Assembly: GCF_006345805.1 (NCBI RefSeq)
Contig: NC_042998.1
Span: 192,448,001-192,512,000 of the forward strand
Direction: 5' to 3'
DNA from: Octopus sinensis
Lineage: Eukaryota
DNA: 64,000 bases
Shown: piece by piece, positions 12,527 through 25,480 of the stretch
How positions within the stretch are numbered: the first letter of the stretch is position 1
How the letters are laid out: every line of letters starts with the position of its first letter
Program-made: the position numbers and the translations under genes
The notes under the pieces: model-generated
Told to the model about the DNA's origin: nothing
What the model saw: the letters and a program-made list of their open reading frames with translations, nothing else
The model's database searches: none

Positions 12527-12931
12527 GACGAGCTGGCAGAATCGATAGCACGCCGAGCGAAATTCCTAGCGGTATTTCGCCTGCCGTTACGTTCTGAGTT
12601 CAAATTCCGCAAGAGGTCGACTTTGCCTTTCATCCTTCCGGGGTAGATAAATTAAATACCAATTACGCACCAGTAATCGACTTAATACCTATGTCTGTCC
12701 TTGTTTGTCCCTTCTATGTTTAGCCCCTTGTGGGTAATAAAGAAATAGGTATTTCGCTTGCCGTTACGTTCTGAGTTCACATTCCGCCGAGGTCGACTTT
12801 GCTTTTCATCCTTTCGAGGTCGATTAAATAAGTACCAGTTACACACTGGGGTAAATGTAATCGACTGAAACCCTTTTTCTGTCCTTGTTTGTCCCCTCTA
12901 TGTTTCGCCCCCTGTGGGCAATAAAGAAATA
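12527..12931 (+). mobile_element. SINE A dimer (head + 2 body units)
   Basis: Junction aaagaaata|ggtatttcg at ~12748. Confidence 0.85.
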
Positions 12932-13344
12932 AATTAAAAGAAGATTCAAATGCTATTTCTCACAGGTCATTAGATCAAGCAAATGATCACTTATTTCTGT
13001 AAGCAACAGCTTCTTTCTCTTCCCAGTCGATATTGTTTGAGCACACCAGTGATCAAAGGAATTCCAGCCATGCCATTATGTCTCTTATGTTTATAACTAT
13101 CTTTGTCGTAGGCTGTCCGTCGTAGTCGATCTTGACTGTTAACAATCTTCATGATAAAACTACGTTTTCAAATAGCCATTATGTGAACACCGATAATCTA
13201 GGATTTAGACGATAGTTGTTTTCATCAAGAAGGGTGAAATCTTCATTAAAATATTTCTTAATTTGCAACATTATATATGGTAGTGCTTGCATTGTTATTA
13301 TGTTCTTATGCAGTTGATATCACTCGGTTCCGGGTTCAATAGAT

Positions 13345-13511
13345 ACCACATGGTTCCGGGTTCTCTTCGTAACTGGTACTTATTTTATCGACCCCGAAAG
13401 GATGAAAGGCAAAGTCGACCTCGGTGGAATTTGAACTCAGAACGTAACGGCAGACGAGATACAGCTAGTCATTTCGCCCGGCGTGCTAACGTTTCTGCCA
13501 GCTCGCTTGCC
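13345..13511 (-). mobile_element. SINE group A, partial
   Basis: Reverse-complement match to head and body. Confidence 0.85.
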
Positions 13512-14692
13512 TTCTGTGAAATAAAGTATCAGTCATGTACAGAGGTAGATTTAACTGATTTTACCCTTCCCCAAATCCATGTCTTTCTGATAAATCAATA
13601 TGATCTCAATTCGGGGCAAATTTTGATAATTAAACCACAAGTTGCGGAGTAAACAGCGTCAGATTACAAGGTGAAGGATCGGTGGATCGAATCCTCTGAT
13701 TAGGATATCCCCAAAAATTAACTCTCGAAGATTCGATCTAATTTGTTGTAAATAGGTATGAATTATGGGCCACATCGAGTACAGTTCTCTGCTGAACCGG
13801 TGTTTTTCATAAAGTTAAGTCTATTGAGTTCAAATCCCCAAGCAAGTGTATATTGACTTGCTTTAATTTCCGGAGATTTTACAACAATCGAATGGTTCTA
13901 GGTTGCAACTGTATTTGTTGAGGTGAGATTTCTTTACCTTATTATAATCCTTATTGAACATCAAACATAATATGAAAAATTCATGGCATAAATTCATTGT
14001 TGGGTCTTGAACAATAACTTTTTAAAGAGAACATTAAAAGTTCTTTCACATAACCTGTCTAATACAGAATACGTTACGTTTGAAGATGGAATATATAATA
14101 TGTGTTTTTCAGATAGAAAATATAATGCTAGCAATAGATTTAGTGGTTGTGATTGAAAATGACAATAGGAAAAACAAAAACGAAAACAAGAAACGAAACA
14201 AAACATGCTAAGTTTTACCGAAGACACTATAGCGAAAATATTATCAGTGATCACATCTTTGATTTTTAAGTGTCATGAAGTTATCTAATTTCAATATTTC
14301 ATATCTACTCTCATCTATTATTTTCTTTCACATATCTGAAGACATCTTTGTGGGTTAATTACTTCAAAAAACTTTTATCTCTGGAAAATGCTGATGTGAA
14401 CTTCAAAAGAAGAAAAGTTTCTAAATTCTTATACAAAAAAACATGCAAGAATCACAATCAAAATAAAAAGACAGCATTAACAATCTGTGGAAGAGTTAAA
14501 CCAATGAATATTAGCTTAAATAACGGTAGATCCAACATCAGATGAAAAGCATACATTGGAAGACATTATAATAAGAAATGTGCAGCATTCTGTTACAGGG
14601 TGTATACACATCACATTTATAGTAAATTTGAACGGATTCTTATAATGCAGTCACATCATTGAATAAATATTATGATTATTACATAGAACAAT

Positions 14693-14915
14693 AAAGCAAC
14701 GAACTTGTAAAATCGTAGGCACGCTGCGCAAAATGCTTGGCGGCATTTCTTCCGGCTTAACGTTCTGAGTTCAAATTTCGTCGAGGTCGGCTTTGACATT
14801 CGCCCCTTTCGGGATCGGTTAAAATAAATACCAATTATGCACTGGGGTCGTTGTAATCGACTAGCTAGCGCTCCCACCATCAATTTCCAGGCCTTGTTCA
14901 TATAGTAGAAAGAAT
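14693..14915 (+). mobile_element. SINE group A, tail type A2, diverged
   Basis: Head, body and aatttccaggccttgt tail. Confidence 0.7.
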
Positions 14916-14998
14916 TATTACACAGAATAAGATGGCGGACTGGCAGAATCACGAGGCGTTTGGAAAAAGGAAATGTTTAACGGTACTGCTTTTGAAAG

Positions 14999-15411
14999 GC
15001 GGCGAGCTGGCAGAATCTTTAGCACGCAAGGCGAAATGCTTAACTGTATTTCGTCTGCCGTTACGTTCTGGGATCAAATTCCGCCGAGGTCGACTTTGCC
15101 TTTCATCCTTTCGGGGTCGATTAAATAAGTACCAGTTACGCACTAGGGTCGATGTAATCGACTTAATTCGTTTGTCTGTTTTTGTTTGTCCCCTCTGTGT
15201 TTAGCCCCTTTTGGGTAGTAAAAAAATAGGTATTTCGTCTGCCGCTACCTTATGAGTTCAAATTCCGCCGAGGTCGACTTTGCCTTTCATCCTTTCTGGG
15301 TCGATTAAATAAGTACCAGTTACTCACTGGGGTCCATAAAAATTGACTTAATCCGTTTGTCTGTCCTTGTTTGTCCCCTCTATGTTTAGCCCCCTGTGGA
15401 CAATATAGAAA
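14999..15411 (+). mobile_element. SINE A dimer
   Basis: Junction aaaata|ggtatttcg at ~15229. Confidence 0.85.
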
Positions 15412-15676
15412 TAATAAATAGTAGCTAAATGTCCTCCAATCCCACCAAACCGTCTTTAAAAATAGATATGTTGGCTAATATGGTCCAAAAAAAATGACGA
15501 GGTGGCCATGCTTGGAATAACATTGTTCAAAAGTCTGCTAATCTTGGAATGGCTGGAGACGAAACAACAACCACAGAAACAAAAAAAACATACTACTGAT
15601 ATTAATTTCATATTGCATATAAAGATAACGACCGACTTAATGCTTGCTAGATGACTTTAACTCTATGTATTAACAG

Positions 15677-15860
15677 ATTCTTCAGACGATGAACAATACT
15701 ATCCTCCACTTTATGATCCATCAGCAAAGAGATCAGTCTGAACTGATCGTAACTGAACAGAGACAAATACAAAAGCTCCTGGAAATATTATCAACTTGTA
15801 CTGGATTGTATCATTTTAGTAACACAGTGGCTGAAGGGCACTTTGTCGATCACACAGAAG
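15677..15860 (+). CDS. Candidate exon, unknown protein
   Basis: taacag acceptor, open frame ILQTMNNTILHFMIHQQRDQSELIVTEQRQIQKLLEILSTCTGLYHFSNTVAEGHFVDHTE, then AG|GTATAT donor. Confidence 0.2.
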
Positions 15861-15880
15861 GTATATATAGAAATTATTCT

Positions 15881-16103
15881 GGAACTGGCAGAATCGTTAG
15901 CACGTCGGATGAAATGCTTAGCGGTATTTCGTCTGCCGCTACGTTCTGAGTTTGAATTCCGCCGAGGTCGACTTTGCCTTTCATCCTTTCGGGGTCGATA
16001 AATTGAGTACCAGTTTCGCACTGGGTCGTTGTAATCGACTTAATCCCTTTGTCTGTCCTTGTTTGTCCCCTCTATGTTTAGCCCCTTGTGGGCAATAAAG
16101 AAA
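15881..16103 (+). mobile_element. SINE group A (A1)
   Basis: Match to family. Confidence 0.85.
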
Positions 16104-16551
16104 TATATATCTTTAGCAGAAACAATTTCTATGAAGTTTCTTCTAGTCTTCTAATAATCTTATGCTGATCTTTGGTTCAAACACTTCGCTAGATAAAGAA
16201 CATCCTGCTAATTTGCTTGATGCTAAGTTTTCAGCTATCAACAGATATATTATTGAAACAGTCGGTAAATCTGTCATTGAGATAACATGTATGATTGTTT
16301 TAAACCTGTTTAATTAATTAAGTTACTGTATACATTGGGTTTCAAGTGCAAGAGATATCTTTCCCGTATTGTTATCTACAGATTTGTTTTAGGATATCAT
16401 CTGACACTGATGTCTTACAAAGATCGCAGCTCTTACTAGACAGCTATTTCATTATAAACACAACTATTGCACGCACTTTTACTGAAATTTATTACAAAGT
16501 ATTGCACAACATGAAAAGGAACCACAATTTGTATTGTTATCATTGACAATA

Positions 16552-16782
16552 TATTTCTTTACTACCCACAAGGGGCTAAACACAGAGGGGACAAACAAGG
16601 ACAGACAAGCGGATTAAGTCGATTATATTGACCCCAGTGCGTAGTTGGTACTTAATTTATCGACCCCGAAAGGATGAAAGGCAAGGTCGATCCCGGCGGA
16701 ATTTGAACCCAGAACGTAACGACAGACGAAATACGGTTACGCATTTCGCCCTGCGTGCTAACGTTTCTGCCAGCTCGCCGCC
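16552..16782 (-). mobile_element. SINE group A (A1)
   Basis: Full-length reverse match. Confidence 0.9.
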
Positions 16783-16971
16783 TTCCATCATTGGCAATAT
16801 TGCGGTGAATAACATGGGGATGGAAAGGCAGAATAACTAGTGCATAGATCAATTTTTTTTTTACGACCCTTTTTCTTCTGAGTTCAAATCCCAAAGAGGT
16901 CAATGTTGTTGTTCATATTTCTGATGTCGATAAAATAAAGTACTAGAGTGGGGCCGATTTAATCAATTATA

Positions 16972-17396
16972 GGATCTTTTCGGTTTGAACGGCAGTTTTT
17001 TCTCGCGGTGTCATATGAAATTGTCACCCATAATTATGACCCTAGAATCGATCTATTGCATTTCTATCTCATTTAGGGTTAGGGTTAGTTAGGGTTAGGG
17101 GTGGGGGAAGGTTATCTTTTTTTCTCCACAAATGTAAATATACCCAATCTGTTTCTTAAACGAGGGAAATATTCATACGGCACAGAATGCTTTTTAACTC
17201 AATAGACGTCAGTGATTGGTTGAAATTGCAGAAATTGAAGAAAAAAGCAATAAATATCTTACAAACTATAGAATTTTCTCAATAAAGCCAAGAGAAAAAG
17301 ATGTTTTATAAACACATTCTACCAGTATACGAAGTTTAAAATTTTTTAGTTACTTAGAAATTATGTTAAAAACTGCCGTTCAAACCGAAAAGATTC
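16972..17396 (+). mobile_element. MITE with internal TTAGGG repeats, copy 1
   Basis: TIR GGATCTTTTCGGTTTGAACGGCAGTTTTT; 8-bp TSD CAATTATA. Confidence 0.9.
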
Positions 17397-17729
17397 CAAT
17401 TATATCCTCCCGCTAAAAACAGACAAGATCGGCATGGCGGTATGCATTTTTATAATGAGGCTACCCAAATCAAGGCAGACCTGGGATTTAAACAGCAACA
17501 AAAATAACTTGATACGAAATCATTTGAAACATCAGCCCGTCGGGAAAAATATTTTTTGGTATTTCTACCTGTTTACGTTCTGAGTTCAAATCCCGCTGAA
17601 GTCAACTTTACCTTTCATCTTTTCGGTGTCAATAAAATAAAGCACCAGTCGTCAAGTACAGCCATGGAGAGCATTGACCAACTTATTCCCCGTCAAAACA
17701 ATGGCCAAACTTCTGTCAAAATTCGAAAC

Positions 17730-17952
17730 AAATATTGGTTTCAAAATTTGGCTCAAGGCCAGCAATTTCGAGGGAGGTGTTAAGTCGATAACATCTATCC
17801 CAGTGCTCAGCTAGTACTTATTTTATCGACTCCGAAAGGGTTGAAAGATAAAGTCGACCTCGGAGGAATTTGAACTCAGAATGTACAGATGGAAGAAATG
17901 GTGTTAAGCATTTTTTCCGGCATGCTAGCAATTCCTCCGGCTCACCGCCTTA
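17730..17952 (-). mobile_element. SINE group A (A2)
   Basis: Reverse match to family. Confidence 0.75.
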
Positions 17953-18140
17953 AAGATCGAAATAAATATTAGAAACGAATATTGTTTTCGCATTGCATTA
18001 TTTAGCTATGACTCTGCGTTCTGTGTTCAAATTCGACTGGAGTGATTTTCTTCCACTCATTCAAGTTTGATAAAAAGGAAATACTTCCCAATTATGTATT
18101 GAGGATATCAATTAAGTCTTATTAATAATGTATTTGGATA

Positions 18141-19411
18141 AGGCGGTGAGCTGGCAGAAACGTTAGCACGCCGGGCGAAATGCTTTGCAGTATTTCGTCT
18201 GCCGCTACGCTCTGAGTTCAAATTCCGCCGTGGTGGGCTTTGCCTTTCATCCTTTCGTGGCCGATTAAATAAGTACCAGTTACGCACTGGGTCGATATAA
18301 TCAACTTAATCCGTTTGTCTGTCCTTGTTTGTCCCTTCTATGTTTAGCCCCTTGTGGGTAATAAAGAAATAGGTATTTCGTCTGTCTTTACGTTCTGAGT
18401 TTAAATTCCGCCGAGGTCGACTTTGCCTTTCATCCTTTCATCCTTTCGGGGTCGATAAATTAAGTACCAGTTGAGCACTGAGATCGATGTAATCTACATG
18501 CCCTCTCCCTGCGATTTTGCTTTTCACTCTTCTGAGTTCGATAAAATAGGTTTCAGTGAAACAGAAGCTGTGGAATCCAAGATTAGATACGAATTCGAAT
18601 TCTACCAAGGTTTTTTTTATTTTTTTTTATTTTTTCTAATCATTTTTTTTTTTTTTTTTTTGCTTTCCATTCTTCTAGTGCGGATGAGTAAAATACCAGT
18701 AATGCATTGAAAATCAATTGACTTGATTAATCCATATTCCCACTGTGTGTGTGTGTTGGAAGCTTCTTTCATGTAAATAATTCGCGTAAAACTTCCATTC
18801 TAGCTGAGGAAGCAAATGGTTACTTGTCCTTCAAATTCCGCCGAGGTCGACTTTGCCTTCATCCTTTCATCCTTTCGGGGTCGATAAATTAAGTACCAGT
18901 TGAGCACTGAGATCGATGTAATCTACATGCCCTCTCCCTGCGATTTTGCTTTTCACTCTTCTGAGTTCGATAAAATAGGTTTCAGTGAAACAGAAGCTGT
19001 GGAATCCAAGATTAGATACGAATTCGAATTCTACCAAGGTTTTTTTTATTTTTTATTTTTTCTAATCATTTTTTTTTTTTTTTTTTGCTTTCCATTCTTC
19101 TAGTGCGGATGAGTAAAATACCAGTAATGCATTGAAAATCAATTGACTTGATTAATCCATATTCCCACTGTGTGTGTGTGTTGGAAGCTTCTTTCATGTA
19201 AATAATTCGCGTAAAACTTCCATTCTAGCTGAGGAAGCAAATGGTTACTTGTCCTTCAAATTCCGCCGAGGTCGACTTTGCCTTTCATCCTTTCGGGGTC
19301 GATAAATAAAGTACCAGTTACGCACTGGGGTCGATGTAATCGACTTAATCCGTTTGTCTGTCCTTGTTTGTCCCTCTGTGTTTAGCCCCTTGTGGGTAAT
19401 AAAGAAATAGC
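18141..19411 (+). repeat. SINE A dimer followed by a ~430-bp tandem duplication and a 5'-truncated SINE A
   Basis: Units 18401-18830 and 18831-19255 are nearly identical; SINE 19256-19409 is flanked by ttacttgtcct. Confidence 0.85.
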
Positions 19412-20149
19412 TTACTTGTCCTGACAGAAAGAGCAGCTAAATCTTCCTCTAGCCACACTTTACCGTCTTAAAAATACAGACAATTCTGATATAATGACCC
19501 TTGATGAAAACGGCAGAAGAAAAATACAGGACGGTCACAACTCGAACATCGTTGATCATAAGATTCCTCCATAACAGCTAAATTAAGACTAAACAATGGC
19601 AACACATGCTTTAACTCCCCCCTTTTCCAATATCTTCCTCTTTCCCTCTCTTTCATATATTCCCCTTATCTCTCCACTTCTCAACCGCTTCTCTTTATCT
19701 CTTTTTTAAACAAAGTCCTTGCCCTTCATTTTAGAAGCAATGTTATTTGCACGTATCTCCAATACATCCTTGTTCTATGGAGAAATTCTTTCGTTTAGCT
19801 TAAGTGTATTCTATAAAAGAATGTCTTAAATTAAATTCCAACCACTCTTTCACAATCTACCTCGAGATATAAATGAAAATATATCACCAAATTTCACAAA
19901 CCATTTAATCGAAATGTGCTTAAATTAATGACATTTACGAAACCAATTCTTCGGCAAACAATTTTTTTTTTCTCTTTCTTTACTCTTTCTCCATCTCTTT
20001 CTTTGATTTTGTCTGTTATCTTTTTTTATTTTTATTTCTTATTTAGAAAACCGTTCCAAGAAAATATGTAAATAGCAATGACAGCAGCCAAATCAGCTTA
20101 AGAAAAAGATTTACGCATACGTCTAGGTCTTTATATGATGTATGCGTTC

Positions 20150-20198
20150 GTTTATATATATATATAATATATATATATATAGATATATATATATACAC

Positions 20199-20243
<45 letters not shown>

Positions 20244-20295
20244 CATTATATATATATACAATATATATATATATATATTAATATATATATATATA

Positions 20296-20330
<35 letters not shown>

Positions 20331-20905
20331 TATATATATATATACAATATATATATATATATAATATACATATATATATATACATATTATATATATACAC
20401 ATTATATATATATATATACATATATATATACAAATATATATACACATATTATACATATATATATATAACATATATATATACACATATATATACAATATAT
20501 ATACATATATTATATATATTATATATACATATATATACAAATATATATACACATATATACATATATATATATATATAATATATATACATATATATACAAA
20601 TATATATACACATATATATACATATAATATATATACATATATATATATATATATAACATATATATATATAACATATATATATATATAGATATATATATAC
20701 ACGTATATATATATATATATACAATATATATATACACATATGTATATATACATATATACACGTACATATATATATATATACATATATACACGTATATATA
20801 TATACACATATATATATACACATGTATATATACATATATATATTACATATATATACAAATATATATACACATATATACACACACATATATATATATACAC
20901 ATATA

Positions 20906-20969
<64 letters not shown>

Positions 20970-20990
20970 ATATATATACATATATATACA
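20150..20990. repeat. Long degenerate (TA)n/(CATATA)n tract
   Basis: Direct reading. Confidence 0.95.
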
Positions 20991-21707
20991 GGCAAGTGTG
21001 TTTATGCAACTGAATGTATTTAGATTGTTGTAGATGCGTACTTGTGTCTGGTTCAAATCTTTGAATCTGTTTATGTTTATGTACCCTACTGCGCATGTGC
21101 GAGTTCTCTCTCTTCAGCGTCACACATTTGCTTGCACGTGTTTTATTATCATATCTCTTTTGTTTTCTTTTTGTTTGTTTATTCGTTTGTTTATGTTTTG
21201 GATGTGCGCGTGTGTGTGTTTGTGTCTTTTCCCCTCTTTTTTATATATATTTTTATCAATTCATTCTTTAAAAACCATTTCCACTATGATGTAGCTGTAT
21301 ATTTAAAATGGACAGATTAAATATTCTCAAGTTTTATTAATTCTTTCTGCGTGAAATCTTCTGAATAATGTTCATTTTTTTTATTTTCTTTTCTTTTTTT
21401 TTTTTTGTCTTTAATATTTTGCATCTTTTTGCTAAATCCATTCTTAGAAATACTGGTAGTTCTGCTGTATTCCTTCTGATATATGGGATTTTATGGGTAA
21501 GAGGCCAGCTGCCAATCTTTCTATGATCTCCCCGCCATACTTTAAAAAAAGAATGAAGAGAAGGAATGATATTCCACTGCTTATCCCAATCTGTATATCA
21601 TAAATAACATATTCATAGTCTAGAGTCGACTCGTTCATGCTGTTGACGACATTTATTCACAACTATATCTATCCTTCCTATGCTGTTGTCGTTCAAATCC
21701 AGTCCTT

Positions 21708-22111
21708 GTATCTTTTCAGTTTGTAACATAATTTCTAGGTAACTAAAAAACTTTAAACTTCGTATACTGGTAGAATGTGTTGATAAAACATCTTTTTCTC
21801 TTGGCTTTATTGAGAAAATTCTATAGTTTTGTGAGATATTTGTTGTTTTTTCTTCAATTTCTGCAATTTCAACCAATCACTGACGTCCATTGAGGTAAAA
21901 AACATTCTGTGCCGTATGAATATGTCCTTCGTTTAAAAAACAGATTGGGTTTATTTACATTTGTGAAGAAAAAAAGATACCCTTCCCCCCACCCCTAACC
22001 CTAACCCTAAAATAGATTGAAATGCAATAGATCGATACTAGGGTCATAATTATGGGTGACAATTTCATGTGACACCGCTAGAAAAAACTGCCGTTCAAAC
22101 CGAAAAGATCC
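21708..22111 (-). mobile_element. TTAGGG-containing MITE, copy 2 (left TIR partly deleted)
   Basis: TSD CAGTCCTT (21700-21707, 22112-22119). Confidence 0.88.
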
Positions 22112-22439
22112 CAGTCCTTCTCTGATCCCGTAAAGCTATAACTACAATCAAAAGTATCCCAGATATAGTCATTCCATCTTCTATTTCGATATGAATACAG
22201 AGCAAAACTACTCAATGTTCCCTTCTTTTAAAAATGCTAGGGTATGATTTGAAGAACATTAAGCCGTTAAGGCTTTCTATCATTGGTGTTTCTTCTTCTG
22301 ACAGACTTCTCGACCGTCTAATCCGATACTTCCCGTATACTGTAACTTCCCAGGCTTCAAATGCAATTAGAAAAGGCAAATTTTGTTTGCTAGCAATATC
22401 GGCAGACTTCAGTGACACAACAGCTAAATAATAATAATA

Positions 22440-22846
22440 ATCCATTCTACTATAGGCACAAAGCTCTGAATTTGGGGGAAGGGATCTTGCCGATTACATC
22501 GACTCCAGTGCGTAACTGGTACTTATTTCAAGGTAAGGTTGACCTCGGCGGAATTTGAACCCAGAACGTAAATCGGACGAAATGCTGCCCAGCATTTTGT
22601 CGGCCATGATAACAGTTCTGATAGCTTGCCGCCTTATTAAAAAATACTTCTTTCTACAATGGACATAAAACCTGAAATTTTAGGGGAGGGATCTTGTTGA
22701 CCACATCGACCCCTGTACTCAATTGGTACTTTTTTTATCAAAGGATGAAAGGTAAAGTCGATCTCGGCGGAATTTTGAATTCAGACAGACGAAATGCCGC
22801 TAAGCATTTTGTCCGGCATGCTAACAATTCTGCTAGCTCGCCGCCT
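22440..22846 (-). mobile_element. Two adjacent SINE A2 copies
   Basis: Two reverse matches ending in gcttgccgcc / gctcgccgcc. Confidence 0.75.
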
Positions 22847-22921
22847 TACTAAATAGTAATAATAACGATTTCTAACGTGTGGCTAATATTTGACTCAAAC
22901 AGAAAACTCAAGCCAACTAAG

Positions 22922-23345
22922 GGATCTTTTCGGTTTAAACGGCAGTTTTTTAAAATAATTTCCACGTAACTAAACACTTTTAAACTTCGTATACTGGCAG
23001 AATGTGTTTATAAAACATCTTTTTCTCTTGGCTTTATTGAGAAAATTCTATAGTTTGTAAGATATTTGTTGTTTTTTCTTCAATTTCTGCAATTTCAACC
23101 AATCAGTGACGTCTATTGAGGTAAAAAAACATTCTGTGGCGTATGAATATGTCCCTCGTTTAAGAAACAGATTCGGTTTATTTACATTTGTGAAAAAAAA
23201 AAGATACCCTTCCCTCCCATCCCTAACCCTAACCCTAATCCTAAGACAGATTGAAATGCAATAGATCGATACTAGGGTCATAATTGTGGGTGACAATTTC
23301 ATATGACACTGCTAGAAAAAACTGCCGTTCAAACCGAAAAGATCC
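22922..23345 (-). mobile_element. TTAGGG-containing MITE, copy 3
   Basis: TSD CAACTAAG. Confidence 0.9.
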
Positions 23346-23539
23346 CAACTAAGACCTAACTTCTGGTCCACAAGTTATTTCGCGTCTTCGTGATTCCGTT
23401 TGTATTTGTGTTCTCTACTACGCATGTGTCAGTTTTGCATTCAGCGTCTCACATATGCGTACACGTTTCCTTGGCATATTCGTCTGTTTTGGTTTACTAT
23501 ATATTTTCTCTACTGATTCTAACTGTCCTTAAAATAATC

Positions 23540-23746
23540 CTTTCTACTGTAGGCACAAGGCCTGAAATTTTGGGGAAGGGAATAGTCGATCGCATCGACC
23601 CCAGTACTCGAGTGGTAGTTAATTTATCGATCCCGAAAGGATAAAAGGCAAAGTCGACCTCGGCAGAATTTGAACTCAGAACGTAGCGGCAGACAAAATA
23701 CTTCTATCGCCCAGCATGCCAACGATTTTGCCAGCTCGCCGCCTTA
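23540..23746 (-). mobile_element. SINE group A (A2)
   Basis: Reverse match to family. Confidence 0.75.
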
Positions 23747-23838
23747 AACCATCATTAAAATAATGCTTAGCTTTTAACATGGGTGATGGCTATATTCGGT
23801 TGAATAGTCCAGAACAATTTAGTGGCTCTTTATTTTAC

Positions 23839-24276
23839 AGATCTTTTCGGCAGTTTTTAACATAATTTCTAGGAAACTAAAAAAATTTAAACTTCATATA
23901 CTGGCAGAATGTGTTTATAAAACATATTTTTCTCTTGGCTTTATTGAGAAAATTCTATAGTTTGTAAGATATTTGTTATTTTTTTTCTTCAATTTCTGCA
24001 ATTTCAACCAATCAAATACGTCTATTGAGGTAAAAAAAAACATTCTGTGCCGTATGAATATGTCCCTCGTTTAAGAAACAGATTGGGTTTATTCACATTT
24101 GTGAAGAAAAAAAGATACCCTTCCCCCACCCCTAATCCTAACCCTAACCCTAACCCTAACTAACCCTAACCCTAAAACAGATTGAAATGCAATAGATCGA
24201 TACTAGGGTCATAATTATGGGTGACAATTTCATATGACACCGCTAGGAAAAACTGCCGTTCAAACCGAAAAGATCC
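23839..24276 (-). mobile_element. TTAGGG-containing MITE, copy 4
   Basis: TSD TATTTTAC; longest CCCTAA run of the six copies. Confidence 0.9.
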
Positions 24277-24812
24277 TATTTTACTAACCCTGATAGGGTA
24301 AAGCACGAAGTAGACTTTGGTGGAATTTGAACTCAAAAAGTAAAGGAATGTAAGTAAATATCTAGGAAAATTTTGTCCGCTTTTCCCTCATTGTATCTAA
24401 CCCTCCCCCGATCCCTGCACAAGTCACTGCGCCCAGGCCCACCTTCCCTGTACGTTGTCTCTTTGTTCATGTCTTCCTCACAAGTGTTAACGTACAAATG
24501 TTTGAGCAGAACCTTAATGAAATCGATCTTAACGATCTAGGAGGCCCTGCAAAAACCATGGCAAAGCTAGACCAGACCAAGCTAAAGGGGAAAAAAAGAG
24601 ACGATGAAGACAGGAGTGAAACATGTCTTTATAGATATTATTTCATGTGCTGCATGTTAAAGCACTTAAGTCGCTCCGTGTATTTATTGTATTTTAGGGT
24701 TTGTTTCATGTAATGTAATCAAAGGAATCTGATTTCTGAGGTGAAACTATTTTCAGACACTTTAATTATAGCATTCTGTTCATAAACAGATACCCACATG
24801 CTTCTATACACC

Positions 24813-24819
<7 letters not shown>

Positions 24820-24853
<34 letters not shown>

Positions 24854-24858
24854 ATATA

Positions 24859-24908
<50 letters not shown>

Positions 24909-24918
24909 ATGTATATAT

Positions 24919-24976
<58 letters not shown>

Positions 24977-25085
24977 TATGTATGTATGATATATATGTAT
25001 GTATATATGTATGTATGTATATATGTATGTATGTGTATGTATGTATGTATTATATAATGTATGTATGTATATATATGTATGTATG

Positions 25086-25133
<48 letters not shown>

Positions 25134-25429
25134 TGTATGTATGTATATATATATGTATGTATGTATATATATATGTATGTATGTATATGTATGTATGTAT
25201 ATGTATGTATGTATGTATATATATGTATGTATGTATATATATGTATGTATGTATATATATATATGTATGTATGTATATATATATATATGTATGTATGTAT
25301 ATATGTATGTATGTATATATATATGTATGTATGTATATGTATATATGTATGTATGTATATGTATATATGTATGTATGTATGTATGTATATATATATGTAT
25401 GTATGTATATATATATGTATGTATGTATG

Positions 25430-25478
<49 letters not shown>

Positions 25479-25480
25479 AC
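24820..25480. repeat. Compound (TA)n/(TATG)n tract
   Basis: Direct reading. Confidence 0.95.

Noticed and set aside
13820-13870. LLGDLN resembling an APE endonuclease GDFN motif
   Set aside because: No other APE motifs, and another frame fits GIY-YIG equally weakly
17071-17110. TTAGGG repeats as a telomere or fusion site
   Set aside because: They are short and always internal to TSD-bounded MITE copies
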